Counted from the first letter of the stretch, positions 1-10,309 are shown. The stretch is 64,000 nt of DNA from Thermoproteota archaeon (GCA_037917675.1 JAVCBW010000016.1:986-64985); one strand, 5' to 3'. Translations and numbers: made by a program. Notes: generated by a model from the letters alone, not told the origin.

Positions 1-3
1 AGA

Positions 4-438
4 GTGAAGCATGATTTTAAGCCCCTGATAATAGGCTTTACATGCAACTGGTGCGCGTATGCTGGAGCAGACCTGGCAGGAACAAGCAGAATACAGTATC
101 CACCTTCTATTAGGTTGATAAGAGTGATGTGTAGCGGTAGAGTAAGCCCAGAGTTCATACTTGAAGCGTTCAGAGATGGTGCTGATGGCGTGTTCATTGG
201 AGGCTGTCATCCAGGAGACTGCCATTACCTGCGTGGAAACTATATGGCTTTCAAAAGGTTTCTCCTCCTGAGGAAACTGCTAGAGGAAATGGGCATTGAA
301 CCCGAGAGATTTAGGTTGGAGTGGATCTCAGCAGCAGAAGGAGAGAAGTTCGCTGAGGTAGTCAGAGAATTCACAGAGCAAATAAAGGCTCTTGGTCCTA
401 ACCCACTCAAGAAGAGCTCTGGAGGGGTCGAGAGGTAA
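4..438 (+). CDS. mvhD: MvhD-like delta subunit of methyl-viologen-reducing hydrogenase / heterodisulfide-reductase-associated hydrogenase (FlpD family). It may be truncated at the 5' end by the window edge.
   Basis: 144-aa ORF starting with GTG at the window edge. Cys-rich motifs NWCAY and GGCHPGDCHY plus the overall size match the MvhD/FlpD family. The N-terminus cannot be confirmed because the gene may continue upstream of position 1. Confidence 0.55.
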   Translation: MKHDFKPLIIGFTCNWCAYAGADLAGTSRIQYPPSIRLIRVMCSGRVSPEFILEAFRDGADGVFIGGCHPGDCHYLRGNYMAFKRFLLLRKLLEEMGIEPERFRLEWISAAEGEKFAEVVREFTEQIKALGPNPLKKSSGGVER

Positions 439-1774
439 GGAAGTATAGGAGCAGCACTATACTCATATACGTGTACACATTGAAGTCTAGTAGGCCGCTT
501 TCAATTGAGGTTGCTAGGTACATAGCCAGTACACAGTAGAGGCTGTATTTTACTCTCTCAGCAAGCTCGTCTCTGCCTTTTGAATAGAATACTAGGGAGA
601 GGATGAAGCCGCATAGCAGGAAAGCTAGGACACAGCCTAGGAGGCCAAAGTCTAGAAGTAAGGGAGCATACACTGTAGCTGTTGTCGAGACTTCTCCTCT
701 CACACCGACTAGTGAACTTATGATCCTCCTAGGACCAGTCTTAGGGCCAGGTAGGAAAGGGAGCGCTGATGTGATAGCTGAAATGTGGATGTAGCCATGT
801 GAGAGGGGGGCGAAGCCATACTTCTGGACAAGAATATCGAAATTGCTCACTGTTATTGTCGGCCTTAGGAGAGCTGCGTAGATAGGGCTTGCTATGCCTC
901 TCAGCTCATATCTTATGAAACCTACTCCTACATATGCAGCTAGTAAGGCTATGGATGTCAGAAGTAAATCGAGTGATGTAGCTAGCCTAGTGTAGAAGGC
1001 GTATAGAGCTAAACCGATTATCGCTGCGACTATGCTAGTCCTATACCCTAGTAGGGCGACCATGGCCACTGATGCGGCTGAGAAAGCAAGAAACCTCATT
1101 CTGTCCACGCTGGATACACCAGAATGTACCCAGGGAGATAGGATAACAGATGCAGGAGCTATGCTCCATGCTACATATGTCAATGAGTAGATGAGCTTCC
1201 TACGGAGTTCTTCGCTCAGAATAGGGAGGCCACCTACTATGGAAAGCTGCTTAACAAGGAATATGGCTCCAATCAGGTACATTGCTCCACCAATATACAG
1301 TGGTATAGTAGATCCCGTGACAGCAATCTTAGATCTAGAGCACTCCAATTTGCCAGCTAGAACACCAGCCATGTATGCAGCTGCAGAAGTAAATAGGACA
1401 ATCAGTGAGCTAGTAGAGATCACAGCCCTTGAAGAAGCAAAGTACAGAAGGAGAAGGAGGAGAAGTGTAAGAGGAGACCGCATTAAAGCTCTGAACATGA
1501 GGGAGGATTCTAGAATGGCATCTAGATTCCTGCCTGCAGGTAGCAGGTGGCTATCTAGCCTCATCCAGACGGCATTGCTCAGCTTACTTGCAAGCTGAGC
1601 TGCCAGAGACCCTCTTAAGCCTACTGCAGGTAACTGCAGTTTTACTGACTTAGTTAAGCTTAGCAGCAAGCTCCCTCTTATGGCTCCCCTTAAGCGTATA
1701 GATAGCCTGTCAGCTAGCCTTTTAGTCAAGCTGCTCTTGTACCTCTTCGCTAGATAAGCCCACAATGCACACAC
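407..1774 (-). CDS. Polytopic integral membrane protein with about 12 predicted TM helices. It may be a MOP-superfamily polysaccharide/oligosaccharide flippase-like protein.
   Basis: 455-aa ORF dominated by hydrophobic stretches of about 20 residues separated by short loops, with no soluble domain. The family assignment is pattern-based only. Confidence 0.45.
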   Translation of the reverse strand: MCALWAYLAKRYKSSLTKRLADRLSIRLRGAIRGSLLLSLTKSVKLQLPAVGLRGSLAAQLASKLSNAVWMRLDSHLLPAGRNLDAILESSLMFRALMRSPLTLLLLLLLYFASSRAVISTSSLIVLFTSAAAYMAGVLAGKLECSRSKIAVTGSTIPLYIGGAMYLIGAIFLVKQLSIVGGLPILSEELRRKLIYSLTYVAWSIAPASVILSPWVHSGVSSVDRMRFLAFSAASVAMVALLGYRTSIVAAIIGLALYAFYTRLATSLDLLLTSIALLAAYVGVGFIRYELRGIASPIYAALLRPTITVSNFDILVQKYGFAPLSHGYIHISAITSALPFLPGPKTGPRRIISSLVGVRGEVSTTATVYAPLLLDFGLLGCVLAFLLCGFILSLVFYSKGRDELAERVKYSLYCVLAMYLATSIESGLLDFNVYTYMSIVLLLYFLTSRPLQSSS

Positions 1775-2614
1775 CTATGGATATGGAGATATAGTCGTCT
1801 TTTCTGTCTCAACGAAGTTTATTAGAGCTGCAAGATTTGCTTTCACAGCCTTCTCCGCGCCCGGCTCAGCTAAGCTCTCTTCAGTCCCCACCATTATGGT
1901 CAGTGATGGAGTCATAACACCGTTAACGGCCACTCTGTTCTCGGAGAGTATTGCTGCGAAGACAGAGAAGTCTTCAGGCCTCCAACCTGCTCCATATAGG
2001 CTCAGCTCTAGATATCCCTCTTCGAGAACGAGATAGACTATTCCAAACTGAATTCTAGATACCGTGTCAAGCCAGATCTTCTGGAAAGTAGGGCTTCCTC
2101 TCGTCATGTTACATTTCAGAAGAAGCCTGCCAGTTATCCTTATGGTTGCTACGCCATAGTCTCCTGCTGCAAACTCTGCTATCCTGCTGACTACTGAGAG
2201 AAAGTCATCTAGGTTCTCAGCTTCAAGAGGCTTTGTCCATAACACTATGACTGACTTTGACTGAGGAAGCAAAGTTATTTTAGACGCAGCTATGTGCTCT
2301 ACATCTGCCATGGGACCTCCTACAGATAGTAGGACCGGGCCCTTAGCTATGTACAGCCTTGCCTTATCAGCTTTGACCACGACCCCTTCTATAGTTACTG
2401 GTGTTGAGTTGAAGGTCCACTTCCCTTTGACCCTTGCAGCCACTATGTACCCTTTCGAAGATATCCTATTGTACTCCTCACAGACTCTAATTATATCTAT
2501 TCCAGAGAATTCACGGACCTCCTCACGAGGGGAGTACTTTCTGACCAAAATAAAAATTAGTAGAGAGAGGAGGAAGAGCAGGATCAGGATGTCTACTATG
2601 TTTGGCTTTCTCAA
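1775..2614 (-). CDS. Hypothetical protein with an N-terminal TM anchor.
   Basis: 279-aa ORF. The N-terminal hydrophobic segment ILILLFLLSLLIFILV is followed by a soluble domain. Its stop abuts the start of the upstream membrane protein gene. No recognisable motif. Confidence 0.5.
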   Translation of the reverse strand: MRKPNIVDILILLFLLSLLIFILVRKYSPREEVREFSGIDIIRVCEEYNRISSKGYIVAARVKGKWTFNSTPVTIEGVVVKADKARLYIAKGPVLLSVGGPMADVEHIAASKITLLPQSKSVIVLWTKPLEAENLDDFLSVVSRIAEFAAGDYGVATIRITGRLLLKCNMTRGSPTFQKIWLDTVSRIQFGIVYLVLEEGYLELSLYGAGWRPEDFSVFAAILSENRVAVNGVMTPSLTIMVGTEESLAEPGAEKAVKANLAALINFVETEKTTISPYP

Positions 2615-2622
2615 GCATAACC

Positions 2623-4281
2623 CTAGAGCTCGCTGCTGAACTCGCTTTCAGGCTTCTCCTCTTCTTCCTTGCCCTCTTTCTTCTCCTCCTTCTCAAATGG
2701 TTTAGCTGCTATTACATCATCTATCCTTATTATCGTCTGCGCAGTCTCAGCTGCTGCAACTATAGCATTTAGCTTTACTTTGGTCGGCTCTACTACACTA
2801 AGTTCTTTCATGTCAGATATCTTACTCTCTAGAACATTGACCCCCCACCATCCGCCCTCCTTCTCGTGCTTCGCTCTGAGGTCTAGTATGGTTTCGACTG
2901 GATCCATACCAGCATTCTGGGCTAGTGCGCTCGGTATGCTCTCGATTGCGTCAGCGAAAGCCTCTACTGCAAGCCTTTCCTTACCCCCCATCTTTGCAGC
3001 ATACTCTCTTATTGCTGTCGCGATTTTCATCTCTACTGAGCCTCCACCATAGACTACTCTTGGATCCTCTAAGAGTGTCTTGACCACACAGAGAGCATCA
3101 TGGAAGCCTCTCTCAGCCTCCTCTACCAAGAGCTCAGCTCCTCCTCTCAGGACTACTGTGACAGCTCTTGGGTCTCTGCAGCCCTCTACATAGACCATCT
3201 TGTCCTCACCTATCTTCCTCTCTTCTACTAGCTCTGCATACCCTAGGCTTTCTGGCTTGAGGTCCTCTAGACTCGTGACTATTCTGCCACCTGTCGCCTT
3301 AGCTAGCTTCTCCATATCCTTACTGCTGATCCTCCTCACTGCTAGTATGCCATATTTTGCTAGGAAGTGCTGTGCTATCTCGTCGATACCCTTCTGGCAA
3401 AAGACAACATTTGCTCCAACTGACTTTATTTTATCAACCATGTCCTTTAAGATGTTGGTTTCCTCTTCTATGAACTTCATCATCTGATCTGGGTCTGTTA
3501 TCCTAACCTCAGCACTGAACTCTGTCTTCTCTATCTCCAATGGACATCCTAGCAGGGCTATCTTAGCTTCCTTAATTCTCTTTGGCATCCCACTGTGGAC
3601 CACCTCCTTGTCTATCACTATGCCATCGATGTACTCGGTCTCTCTCAGGCTCTTCCCCTGCTTCTTTAGTATCTTGACTCTGTCTAGATCTATGAAGTAT
3701 TTTCCATCTCTTTCCTCAGCCACCTTCTTCACTGCCTTGACTGCTATTTCAGCTAGATACCTCCGTTCACCTGCTATAGCCTTGCTTCTCATAGCTGTCT
3801 CTGCTGCCCTTACCAGTATCTCATCGTTCTCTATTTTGATTTCCTCTGATATCTCGTCCAGAACTCTCTTCGCCTCCTCTACTCCCTTTTTGAACCCATT
3901 TACAATGACCATTGGATGCACATCCTTCCTCAGTAGCCTGTCTGCCTCAGCTAGGAGAGCTCCTGCTATAACCACAGCAGTCGTTGTCCCATCACCGACC
4001 TCATGATCCTGTGCCTTAGCTAGATCCACCATCATCTTAGCTGCAGGATGCCTTACTTCCATCTCATCTAGTATAGTGGCGCCATCGTTAGATATCGTTA
4101 TGTCACCTAGTGTGTCTACAATCATCTTGTCCATGCCTTTGGGGCCTAGGGTCGTTCTTATAGCTTCAGCTACAGCTCTAGCAGCCATTATGTTCAGCCG
4201 CCTTGCTTCCTCACCTCTAGTTCTCTGCGTACCCTCCTTCAGAATCAGGACAGGCTGGCCTCCTAAAGTTGCAAGAGTCAT
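2623..4281 (-). CDS. ths: Thermosome subunit (group II chaperonin, CCT/TCP-1 family).
   Basis: 552 aa. Hallmark N-terminal region [19 protein letters not shown] and the ATP-binding motif GDGTTT. The acidic/Lys-rich C-terminal tail is typical of archaeal thermosomes. Confidence 0.95.
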   Translation of the reverse strand: MTLATLGGQPVLILKEGTQRTRGEEARRLNIMAARAVAEAIRTTLGPKGMDKMIVDTLGDITISNDGATILDEMEVRHPAAKMMVDLAKAQDHEVGDGTTTAVVIAGALLAEADRLLRKDVHPMVIVNGFKKGVEEAKRVLDEISEEIKIENDEILVRAAETAMRSKAIAGERRYLAEIAVKAVKKVAEERDGKYFIDLDRVKILKKQGKSLRETEYIDGIVIDKEVVHSGMPKRIKEAKIALLGCPLEIEKTEFSAEVRITDPDQMMKFIEEETNILKDMVDKIKSVGANVVFCQKGIDEIAQHFLAKYGILAVRRISSKDMEKLAKATGGRIVTSLEDLKPESLGYAELVEERKIGEDKMVYVEGCRDPRAVTVVLRGGAELLVEEAERGFHDALCVVKTLLEDPRVVYGGGSVEMKIATAIREYAAKMGGKERLAVEAFADAIESIPSALAQNAGMDPVETILDLRAKHEKEGGWWGVNVLESKISDMKELSVVEPTKVKLNAIVAAAETAQTIIRIDDVIAAKPFEKEEKKEGKEEEEKPESEFSSEL

Positions 4282-4451
4282 GTTATCCCCCCAAGGCTAG
4301 GATGAGCTTGAGTGTGAGCAGGCGCCTGCTATCAAGCCTACAGATATAGTACTATACTATCTAGTTAATAAACTTGTCGATTGACAGGGTAGCTAACATA
4401 TTAGGAGACTTGAGAACTATTATAAGTCATCTTCATGAGACATGGGGGAGC

Positions 4452-5474
4452 ATGACGGCTAAGATAGGTATCAATGGCTTCGGAAGAATTGGTAGAGTGT
4501 TCTTCAGGATAGCGCTTGGTAAGCCGGATTTTTGGGATAAAGCTGAGGTAATTGCAGTCAATGACCTGGCAGACGCCAGGACATTGGCGCATCTGCTGAA
4601 ATATGACTCAGTACATGGAGTTCTGAGAGCAGAGGTGAAGTGGAGAAGCAGCGAGATAGAGGTTGGTGGAAGAAGGGTTACTGTCATATCTGAGAGTGAT
4701 CCAGCCAGGATACCATGGAGAGAGCTTGGAGTTGATATAGTCATTGAGTCAACAGGGAGGTTCAGGGAGAGAAGCAAGGCTGCAATGCACCTGGAAGCTG
4801 GAGCTAAGAAGGTTTTGATATCAGCTCCAGCTAGGAGCCCAGATGCCACAGTTATTCCTGGAGTAAACCTCGATAAGTATGATCCAGCTAAGCATAATAT
4901 AGTGTCCATGGCTTCATGTACAACAAACTGCCTAGCTGTCATGGTCAAGGTGCTAGATGACAAGTTTGGTGTGAAGAGAGGAATGATGACCACATGCCAT
5001 GCCTACACAAATGATCAAAGGCTTCTTGACCTTCCTCATAGGGATCTGAGGAGGGCTAGAGCAGCGGCAATCTCTATAGTCCCAACGACAACAGGGGCAG
5101 CTGAGGCCATAGGCTTAGTGATGCCAAAGCTAGCAGGAAAGCTGACTGGGATAGCGCTTAGAGTACCTGTTCCAAATGGATCGATAACAGATTTGGTTGT
5201 CGAGCTTGAGGAAAGTGTTACCAGAGAGGAGATCAACAGAGAGTACATAAGAGCCTCAGAAGAAGAGCTAGCTGGCATACTGGGGTATACTGAGGACCCC
5301 ATAGTCTCATCGGATATAATTGGGACAACATACTCGTGTATAATAGATGGAGCTAGCACACATGTGCTAGGTGGCCGAGGAGAATTCGCTAAGATCTTGG
5401 GATGGTATGATAATGAATGGGGTTATGCTGCAAGGCTAGTTGAGCTAGCAGAGTATGTAGCTGAGAGGCTTTAG
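4452..5474 (+). CDS. gap: Glyceraldehyde-3-phosphate dehydrogenase, class I (bacterial/eukaryotic type).
   Basis: N-terminal INGFGRIGR Rossmann motif, active-site ASCTTNCLA and C-terminal WYDNEWGY, which are class I signatures. The ORF track starts at 4374, but the conserved N-terminus MTAKIGINGFGRIGR begins at the ATG at 4452. Confidence 0.9.
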   Translation: MTAKIGINGFGRIGRVFFRIALGKPDFWDKAEVIAVNDLADARTLAHLLKYDSVHGVLRAEVKWRSSEIEVGGRRVTVISESDPARIPWRELGVDIVIESTGRFRERSKAAMHLEAGAKKVLISAPARSPDATVIPGVNLDKYDPAKHNIVSMASCTTNCLAVMVKVLDDKFGVKRGMMTTCHAYTNDQRLLDLPHRDLRRARAAAISIVPTTTGAAEAIGLVMPKLAGKLTGIALRVPVPNGSITDLVVELEESVTREEINREYIRASEEELAGILGYTEDPIVSSDIIGTTYSCIIDGASTHVLGGRGEFAKILGWYDNEWGYAARLVELAEYVAERL

Positions 5475-6299
5475 GTGCATGGTAACTTGAGAATAGGAGT
5501 CATAGGCGGAAGCGGATTCTACAGGCTGTTGGAGGGTAAGGAAATAGCTGTTATAACTGAATATGGGGCTATCAGGGTGAAGAAGTTCGAGTATGCAGGG
5601 AAGACGATCTGCTTCATAAGCAGGCATGGGATAAGACATGATACGCCTCCGTTTAGAGTGAACTATGAAGGGAATATGCTAGCTCTCTATAGGCTTGGAG
5701 CCATGAGAGTGCTAGCTACGAATGCTGTTGGAGCCATAGACACTAGGCTAGAGGTTGGAGACATAGTCCTGCCATCAGATATCATGGATTTCACCAAGAA
5801 GAGAATCCCCACATATTTTGATGGGAAAACACCGCTTAGCGGGTTTGAGCGAGGGGTTAGACACGCTACCTGCACCCCATATGTCTTCTGCCCTGAGCTG
5901 AAGGATGCGATCACTAGAGCTGCGAGAGAGATCAGCATAGAAGTGAAAAGTGGAGGAGTTTACTGCTGTACTGAGGGGAATAGATTCGAGACAGCAGCTG
6001 AGATAAGAGCAATGAAGAACAGTGGAGGTGAGCTTGTTGGGATGACTATGGCGACAGAGGCTACCTTGGCAAGAGAGCTAGGGCTCTGCTACATGCCTAT
6101 CTGCGTGGTCACAAACATGGCAGCGGGAATAGCTAGAGGTGAGCTGAGCCACAAGGAAGTCGAGCAAATATTCTCTGAGAAGATAGAAGATATTAAAAGT
6201 CTTATTTTGAAGACTGTAGAGCTGCTGCCAGAGAGGAGGGGCTGTAGATGCAGAGAGCTTGCTCCAGAACCGATACAGGTCGATGAAGCCTTTAAATAG
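5475..6299 (+). CDS. mtnP: 5'-methylthioadenosine / purine nucleoside phosphorylase (PNP/MTAP family).
   Basis: IGVIGGSG N-terminal motif and PNP-family core (HG..H..PP...NY..N..AL and MT..PE..LARE). GTG start at 5475, immediately after the gap stop codon (5472-5474), which suggests translational coupling. Confidence 0.8.
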   Translation: MHGNLRIGVIGGSGFYRLLEGKEIAVITEYGAIRVKKFEYAGKTICFISRHGIRHDTPPFRVNYEGNMLALYRLGAMRVLATNAVGAIDTRLEVGDIVLPSDIMDFTKKRIPTYFDGKTPLSGFERGVRHATCTPYVFCPELKDAITRAAREISIEVKSGGVYCCTEGNRFETAAEIRAMKNSGGELVGMTMATEATLARELGLCYMPICVVTNMAAGIARGELSHKEVEQIFSEKIEDIKSLILKTVELLPERRGCRCRELAPEPIQVDEAFK

Positions 6300-6361
6300 G
6301 TGGTAGGCCAAGAAGCTTCCAGCTCTAGCAACAGGTGTGTGAGGAGATCTGGTGCTGAAAA

Positions 6362-7459
6362 ATGCCTAGAAGAGGATCCTTGCAATTCTATCCTAGGAAG
6401 AGAGCTGCTACTGAAGTAGCTAGGTTCAGGTCCTGGCCTGAGATCGATGGACCACCACAGCTTGTCGCCTTCCCAGGCTACAAAGCTGGAATGATGCACC
6501 TCATAGTTGTAGAGGACAAGCCAGGCAGCCCTCTCTTTGGAAGAGAAGTCTACACACCAGTAACTATCATAGAGACACCACCTATCATGCTTCTTGGAGT
6601 GAGGGCATATACTAAAAACATGTATGGCCTTCAGCACATGGCTACAGCAATAAACTTGAGCCCTAGATTCGAAGTTGAGCAGAGCAAGCTACCGGACAAC
6701 ATAAGTAAGAGTGATTACGAAAAGATGATAGCTAGCCTTAGAGTCTATAGAGAGAAGCCTGGGCTCTTCATGAAGGACCTATCTAGGAGGCTGACAGTCC
6801 CTAAAAGTCTAAGGAGAGCATCACCTGATAGCGTGCTTGAGAGGCTTGAAAGCGAAGTAGACCAGATATCAGATCTAAGAGCTATAGTTTGCACGCTTCC
6901 CAGGCTGGCGACAGGGGTACCAAAGAAGGCACCAGAGATCCTTGAGATACCAGTTAAGGGAGGAAGCATGGCAGACAGAGTGAGCTATGTGAGAGAAAGG
7001 TTAGGGCAGCCAGTGTTCGTCCAGGAAGTCTTTACGGCAGGCCAGTTTATAGATGTCACTGCAGTAACGAAGGGTAAGGGCTTTCAGGGGGTCATCAAGA
7101 GGTTTGGAGTGAAGAGGCTCCCTCACAAGGCAGGAAAAAGAAGAAGAGAGGTAGGAAGCTTAGGATCTAGGCATCCAGCTAAAGTGAGCTGGACAGTCCC
7201 TAGGCCTGGGCAGCTAGGATACTTCAAGAGAACAGAGTACAACAAAAGGATACTGGAGATAGGAGTTGATGGGGGGAGAATAACCCCTAGGGAAGGATTT
7301 CACAAGTACGGAGTTATAAGGTCACAGTATGTCGTCGTTAAGGGAAGTACTCCAGGCCCTGTAAAGAGATTTACATTAATGAGACACCCCATAAGAATAC
7401 CGATGCTCCCATATGAGCCGGCATACAAGATAGTATGGACTCCTCTCACAGGTGGTTAA
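6362..7459 (+). CDS. rpl3: 50S ribosomal protein L3 (uL3).
   Basis: 365 aa. MPRRGSLQFYPRKRA N-terminus and FPGYKAGMMH motif typical of archaeal L3. Heads an L3-L4-L23-L2-S19 cluster. Confidence 0.95.
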   Translation: MPRRGSLQFYPRKRAATEVARFRSWPEIDGPPQLVAFPGYKAGMMHLIVVEDKPGSPLFGREVYTPVTIIETPPIMLLGVRAYTKNMYGLQHMATAINLSPRFEVEQSKLPDNISKSDYEKMIASLRVYREKPGLFMKDLSRRLTVPKSLRRASPDSVLERLESEVDQISDLRAIVCTLPRLATGVPKKAPEILEIPVKGGSMADRVSYVRERLGQPVFVQEVFTAGQFIDVTAVTKGKGFQGVIKRFGVKRLPHKAGKRRREVGSLGSRHPAKVSWTVPRPGQLGYFKRTEYNKRILEIGVDGGRITPREGFHKYGVIRSQYVVVKGSTPGPVKRFTLMRHPIRIPMLPYEPAYKIVWTPLTGG

Positions 7460-8240
7460 GGTGAGTAAGCAAGTGCCACTCTACTCTATAGATGGTGAGA
7501 GGAAGGGAAACATAGAGCTACCTCCAGTATTCGAGCTGCCAATCAGGTTCGATATAATCAGAAGAGCTTACATAGCATCTCTCTCAGCTAGATTTCAGCC
7601 TAAGGGAGTAGATGAGTATGCAGGAAAGAGGACGTCAGCTGAGTCCCTTGGGGTAGGCTATGGGATAGCAAGAGTACCTAGAATAAGAGGAACCCGAAGA
7701 GCAGCTAGGGCACCCATGACTGTAGGAGGCTTCAGAGCACACCCACCGAAGGCAGATAAGGTGATAGTAGAGGAGATAAACAGGAGAGAGAAGAAGATTG
7801 CAAGGCTCTCAGCTATAGCTGCTACAGCAAGCGAAGAGCTTGTAAGGAAGAGAGGCCATAGGATACCAGATGGCATCAAGCTTCCGATAGTAGTTGAGGG
7901 AGAGATAGAGGATATAGATAAGACTAGAGCCATTTACAGACTCCTGGTTAAACTCGGGCTAGAGGATGAGCTAGAGAGATGTAAGAGGAGATGGAGTCAT
8001 GAGAGAGCAGGGAGAGGAAAGATGAGAGGGAGAAGAAGGAAGAATGTAAGCGGACCTTTGTTTGTTGTCTCCACGCCACACTGCCCACTCAGAAGAGCTG
8101 CTAGAAACATACCAGGAGTCCAGGTTGAGCCTCTCAGTAGCTTAAGCGTGATACATCTGGCACCTGGAGGAGAACCTGGAAGACTTACAATATGGAGCAG
8201 TAAGACGCTAGGTGAGCTAAATGGAGAAGCATCCTTATGA
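7452..8240 (+). CDS. rpl4: 50S ribosomal protein L4 (uL4).
   Basis: 262 aa. Gene order after L3 and conserved L4 core ([12 protein letters not shown]...[10 protein letters not shown]). Overlaps the L3 stop by 8 nt. Confidence 0.9.
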   Translation: MVKVSKQVPLYSIDGERKGNIELPPVFELPIRFDIIRRAYIASLSARFQPKGVDEYAGKRTSAESLGVGYGIARVPRIRGTRRAARAPMTVGGFRAHPPKADKVIVEEINRREKKIARLSAIAATASEELVRKRGHRIPDGIKLPIVVEGEIEDIDKTRAIYRLLVKLGLEDELERCKRRWSHERAGRGKMRGRRRKNVSGPLFVVSTPHCPLRRAARNIPGVQVEPLSSLSVIHLAPGGEPGRLTIWSSKTLGELNGEASL

Positions 8241-8487
8241 CATCTTAGTAAGGCCGCTAGCTACTGAAAAGGCGCTAAGACTAATGGAGAAAGAAAACAA
8301 GCTTACTTTCTATGTGGCTAAATGGGCCAACAAGCATCAGATCAAGAAAGCTGTTGAAGAAGCCTTCAATGTAAAGGTGATAAAGGTCAACATACTAATA
8401 ACCCCTAGAGGTTTAAAGAAGGCTTATGTTAAATTAGCACCAGAGTATTCTGCATCAGATATAGCAACCAGGCTAGGTATACTGTGA
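8221..8487 (+). CDS. rpl23: 50S ribosomal protein L23 (uL23).
   Basis: 88 aa. N-terminus [11 protein letters not shown] and gene order L4-L23-L2. Confidence 0.9.
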   Translation: MEKHPYDILVRPLATEKALRLMEKENKLTFYVAKWANKHQIKKAVEEAFNVKVIKVNILITPRGLKKAYVKLAPEYSASDIATRLGIL

Positions 8488-8497
8488 GGAGGTTGAG

Positions 8498-9253
8498 ATG
8501 GGTAAGAGAATACTTGTTCAGAGGAAGGGTAGAGGTGGCATAAACTTCAGGTCTAGAAAGCACCTGAAGATAGCGCCAGCAAAGTATCCTACAACACTCA
8601 AGCTTGCTGAACTCGGGCAGCAGCCTGTCGAGGCCCAAGTGGTAGAGTTCCTACATGAACCAGGGAGGTCAGCTCTACTAGCTAAGGCCAAGCTCCCAGA
8701 TGGTAATGTCTTCTATTACATACCACCTGAGGGAGTTTTTCTAGGAGACACCATAGAAATAGGGGAGGGAGCTGGGCTGAAGATAGGGAACATACTGCCT
8801 CTCAGAAGCATACCAGAGGGAGTCCTGGTTTGTAATATTGAGATGAGGCCGGGAGATGGAGGAAGGCTCGTTAGATCAGCTGGAGCCTATGCTACTGTGA
8901 TTGCGCATAAGGAGGACAGGACGATAGTCAGGCTTCCGAGTGGGCAAGAGAAAGCGCTCTCCTCAAAGTGTAGAGCAACTATAGGGGTAGTAGCATGTGG
9001 AGGAAAGCGAGAGAAACCATACCTCAAGGCAGGGACAAAGTATTATGCCATGAGAGTTAAGGCTACAAAGTGGCCAGTAGTTAGAGGAAACGTCATGAAT
9101 CCATGTAGCCACCCACATGGTGGAGGATCTCACAGGAGGCCAGGCAAGCCAACGACGGTCAAGAGAACAGCCCCACCAGGGCAGAAGGTTGGGCACATAG
9201 CAGCCCGTAAAACAGGTAGAGGGAAGAAGCTTAGGAAGACAAGAAGAACTTAG
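8498..9253 (+). CDS. rpl2: 50S ribosomal protein L2 (uL2).
   Basis: 251 aa. GKRILVQRKGRGG N-terminus and C-terminal motif NPCSHPHGGG...RRPGK. Confidence 0.95.
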   Translation: MGKRILVQRKGRGGINFRSRKHLKIAPAKYPTTLKLAELGQQPVEAQVVEFLHEPGRSALLAKAKLPDGNVFYYIPPEGVFLGDTIEIGEGAGLKIGNILPLRSIPEGVLVCNIEMRPGDGGRLVRSAGAYATVIAHKEDRTIVRLPSGQEKALSSKCRATIGVVACGGKREKPYLKAGTKYYAMRVKATKWPVVRGNVMNPCSHPHGGGSHRRPGKPTTVKRTAPPGQKVGHIAARKTGRGKKLRKTRRT

Positions 9254-9293
9254 GGAAAAGGAATAAAAGTATGGGAGCACATAAGGTGACAAC

Positions 9294-9689
9294 ATGAGCA
9301 TACCACAGACTTACAAGGGGCATACTATAGAGGAGCTTAAGAGGATGCCAATGGATGAGTTAGTGAAGATACTGCCAGCTAGAATAAGGAGATCGCTTCT
9401 AAGAGGACTCCATCCGGAGAACAGAAAGCTTCTTGAGAAAATCAGAACAATGCAGGAGAGAGGCATACAGAAGCCGATAAGAACACACAGGAGAGATATG
9501 CCGATACTTCCAGAGATGGTTGGAATGGTGTTTCAGGTGTATAATGGAAGAGAGTGGATAGAGGTGACAATAACACCAGAAATGATAGGGCACTACCTGG
9601 GAGAGTTTGCTCCGACAACAAAAATAGTCCAACATGGAAGACCTGGGAAGGGAGCAACTAGATCAAGCAAGTACCTGCCACTTAAGTAG
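9294..9689 (+). CDS. rps19: 30S ribosomal protein S19 (uS19).
   Basis: 131 aa. [18 protein letters not shown]-terminus. It is the last gene of the cluster before a tRNA gene. Confidence 0.9.
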   Translation: MSIPQTYKGHTIEELKRMPMDELVKILPARIRRSLLRGLHPENRKLLEKIRTMQERGIQKPIRTHRRDMPILPEMVGMVFQVYNGREWIEVTITPEMIGHYLGEFAPTTKIVQHGRPGKGATRSSKYLPLK

Positions 9690-9691
9690 CT

Positions 9692-9775
9692 GCCGGGGTG
9701 CCTGAGAGGACAAAGGGCCGGCCTTGAGAGCCGGTGGCCCTTGTGGCCGCGTGGGTTCAAATCCCACCCCCGGCG
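9692..9775 (+). tRNA. tRNA-Ser (anticodon TGA), type II with long variable arm. The 3' CC is encoded.
   Basis: 7-bp acceptor stem GCCGGGG/CCCCGGC. Anticodon stem CCGGC/GCCGG with loop CTTGAGA. 16-nt variable arm forming GGCC/GGCC. T-arm GTGGG-TTCAAAT-CCCAC. Discriminator G. Confidence 0.85.
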
Positions 9776-9779
9776 CCTT

Positions 9780-10256
9780 TATATTTCTCTGGAGATTAAG
9801 GAACCTGAATTAATCGAGCTTTTCAAGGAGATTCCAGACTTGCCGGAAAAGGATGAAAAGGCTAAGTTAATGCCTACTTAAAGGTTGAGGAAATGATGAG
9901 GCATATAATTGAAAGAGTAGAGGAGCTGAGAGAAAAGGTATGGTGTTGACGACCTCGAGCTTTAGCATCGAGATTAGGAGCTGAAGTTATCGAGTTACCT
10001 CTAGAGAAGATAATCAGGAAGTTTACTTCAAGGATTCTAGGCATCATAGCCATAGATCCAAGTTTACATCCTATAGCGGTTTTGCCCAATATAAAACTGG
10101 AGTAATCTAATCGTGATTTTAGATTATGAAGAAGGAACACAAGTTAAAAGTAAGAGCTTCAGGATTACCAGAAGATAAGAAAAGAAAGGTTCTCTCGATT
10201 GTATCGAAAAAAATCAATGCAAAGTGACCCTCTAAAAGAATTTCGCCAATTTCAGC
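9780..10256. pseudogene. Decayed coding debris between tRNA-Ser and its 3'-half copy. It consists of several protein-like reading-frame fragments without proper starts or with frame breaks.
   Basis: Frame-shifted fragments that read like real protein, e.g. MMRHIIERVEELREKVWC* followed in another frame by ...ASRLGAEVIELPLEKIIRKFTSRILGIIAIDPSLHPIAVLPNIKLE*. There is also an ATG-less C-terminal fragment LEIKEPELIELFKEIPDLPEKDEKAKLMPT*. No intact ORF of 100 aa or more. Confidence 0.35.
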
Positions 10257-10309
10257 TTTGAGAGCCGGTGGCCCTTGTGGCCACGTGGATTCAAATCCTA
10301 CCTCCGGCA
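10257..10309 (+). repeat. Partial, degenerate direct copy of the 3' half of tRNA-Ser, running from the anticodon loop to the discriminator. It looks like an att-site remnant.
   Basis: TTGAGAGCCGGTGGCCCTTGTGGCC is identical to 9724-9748 of tRNA-Ser. It is followed by a T-arm and acceptor 3' strand with point differences that break T-stem pairing (G-T and A-C). No matching 5' half was found upstream. Confidence 0.6.
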
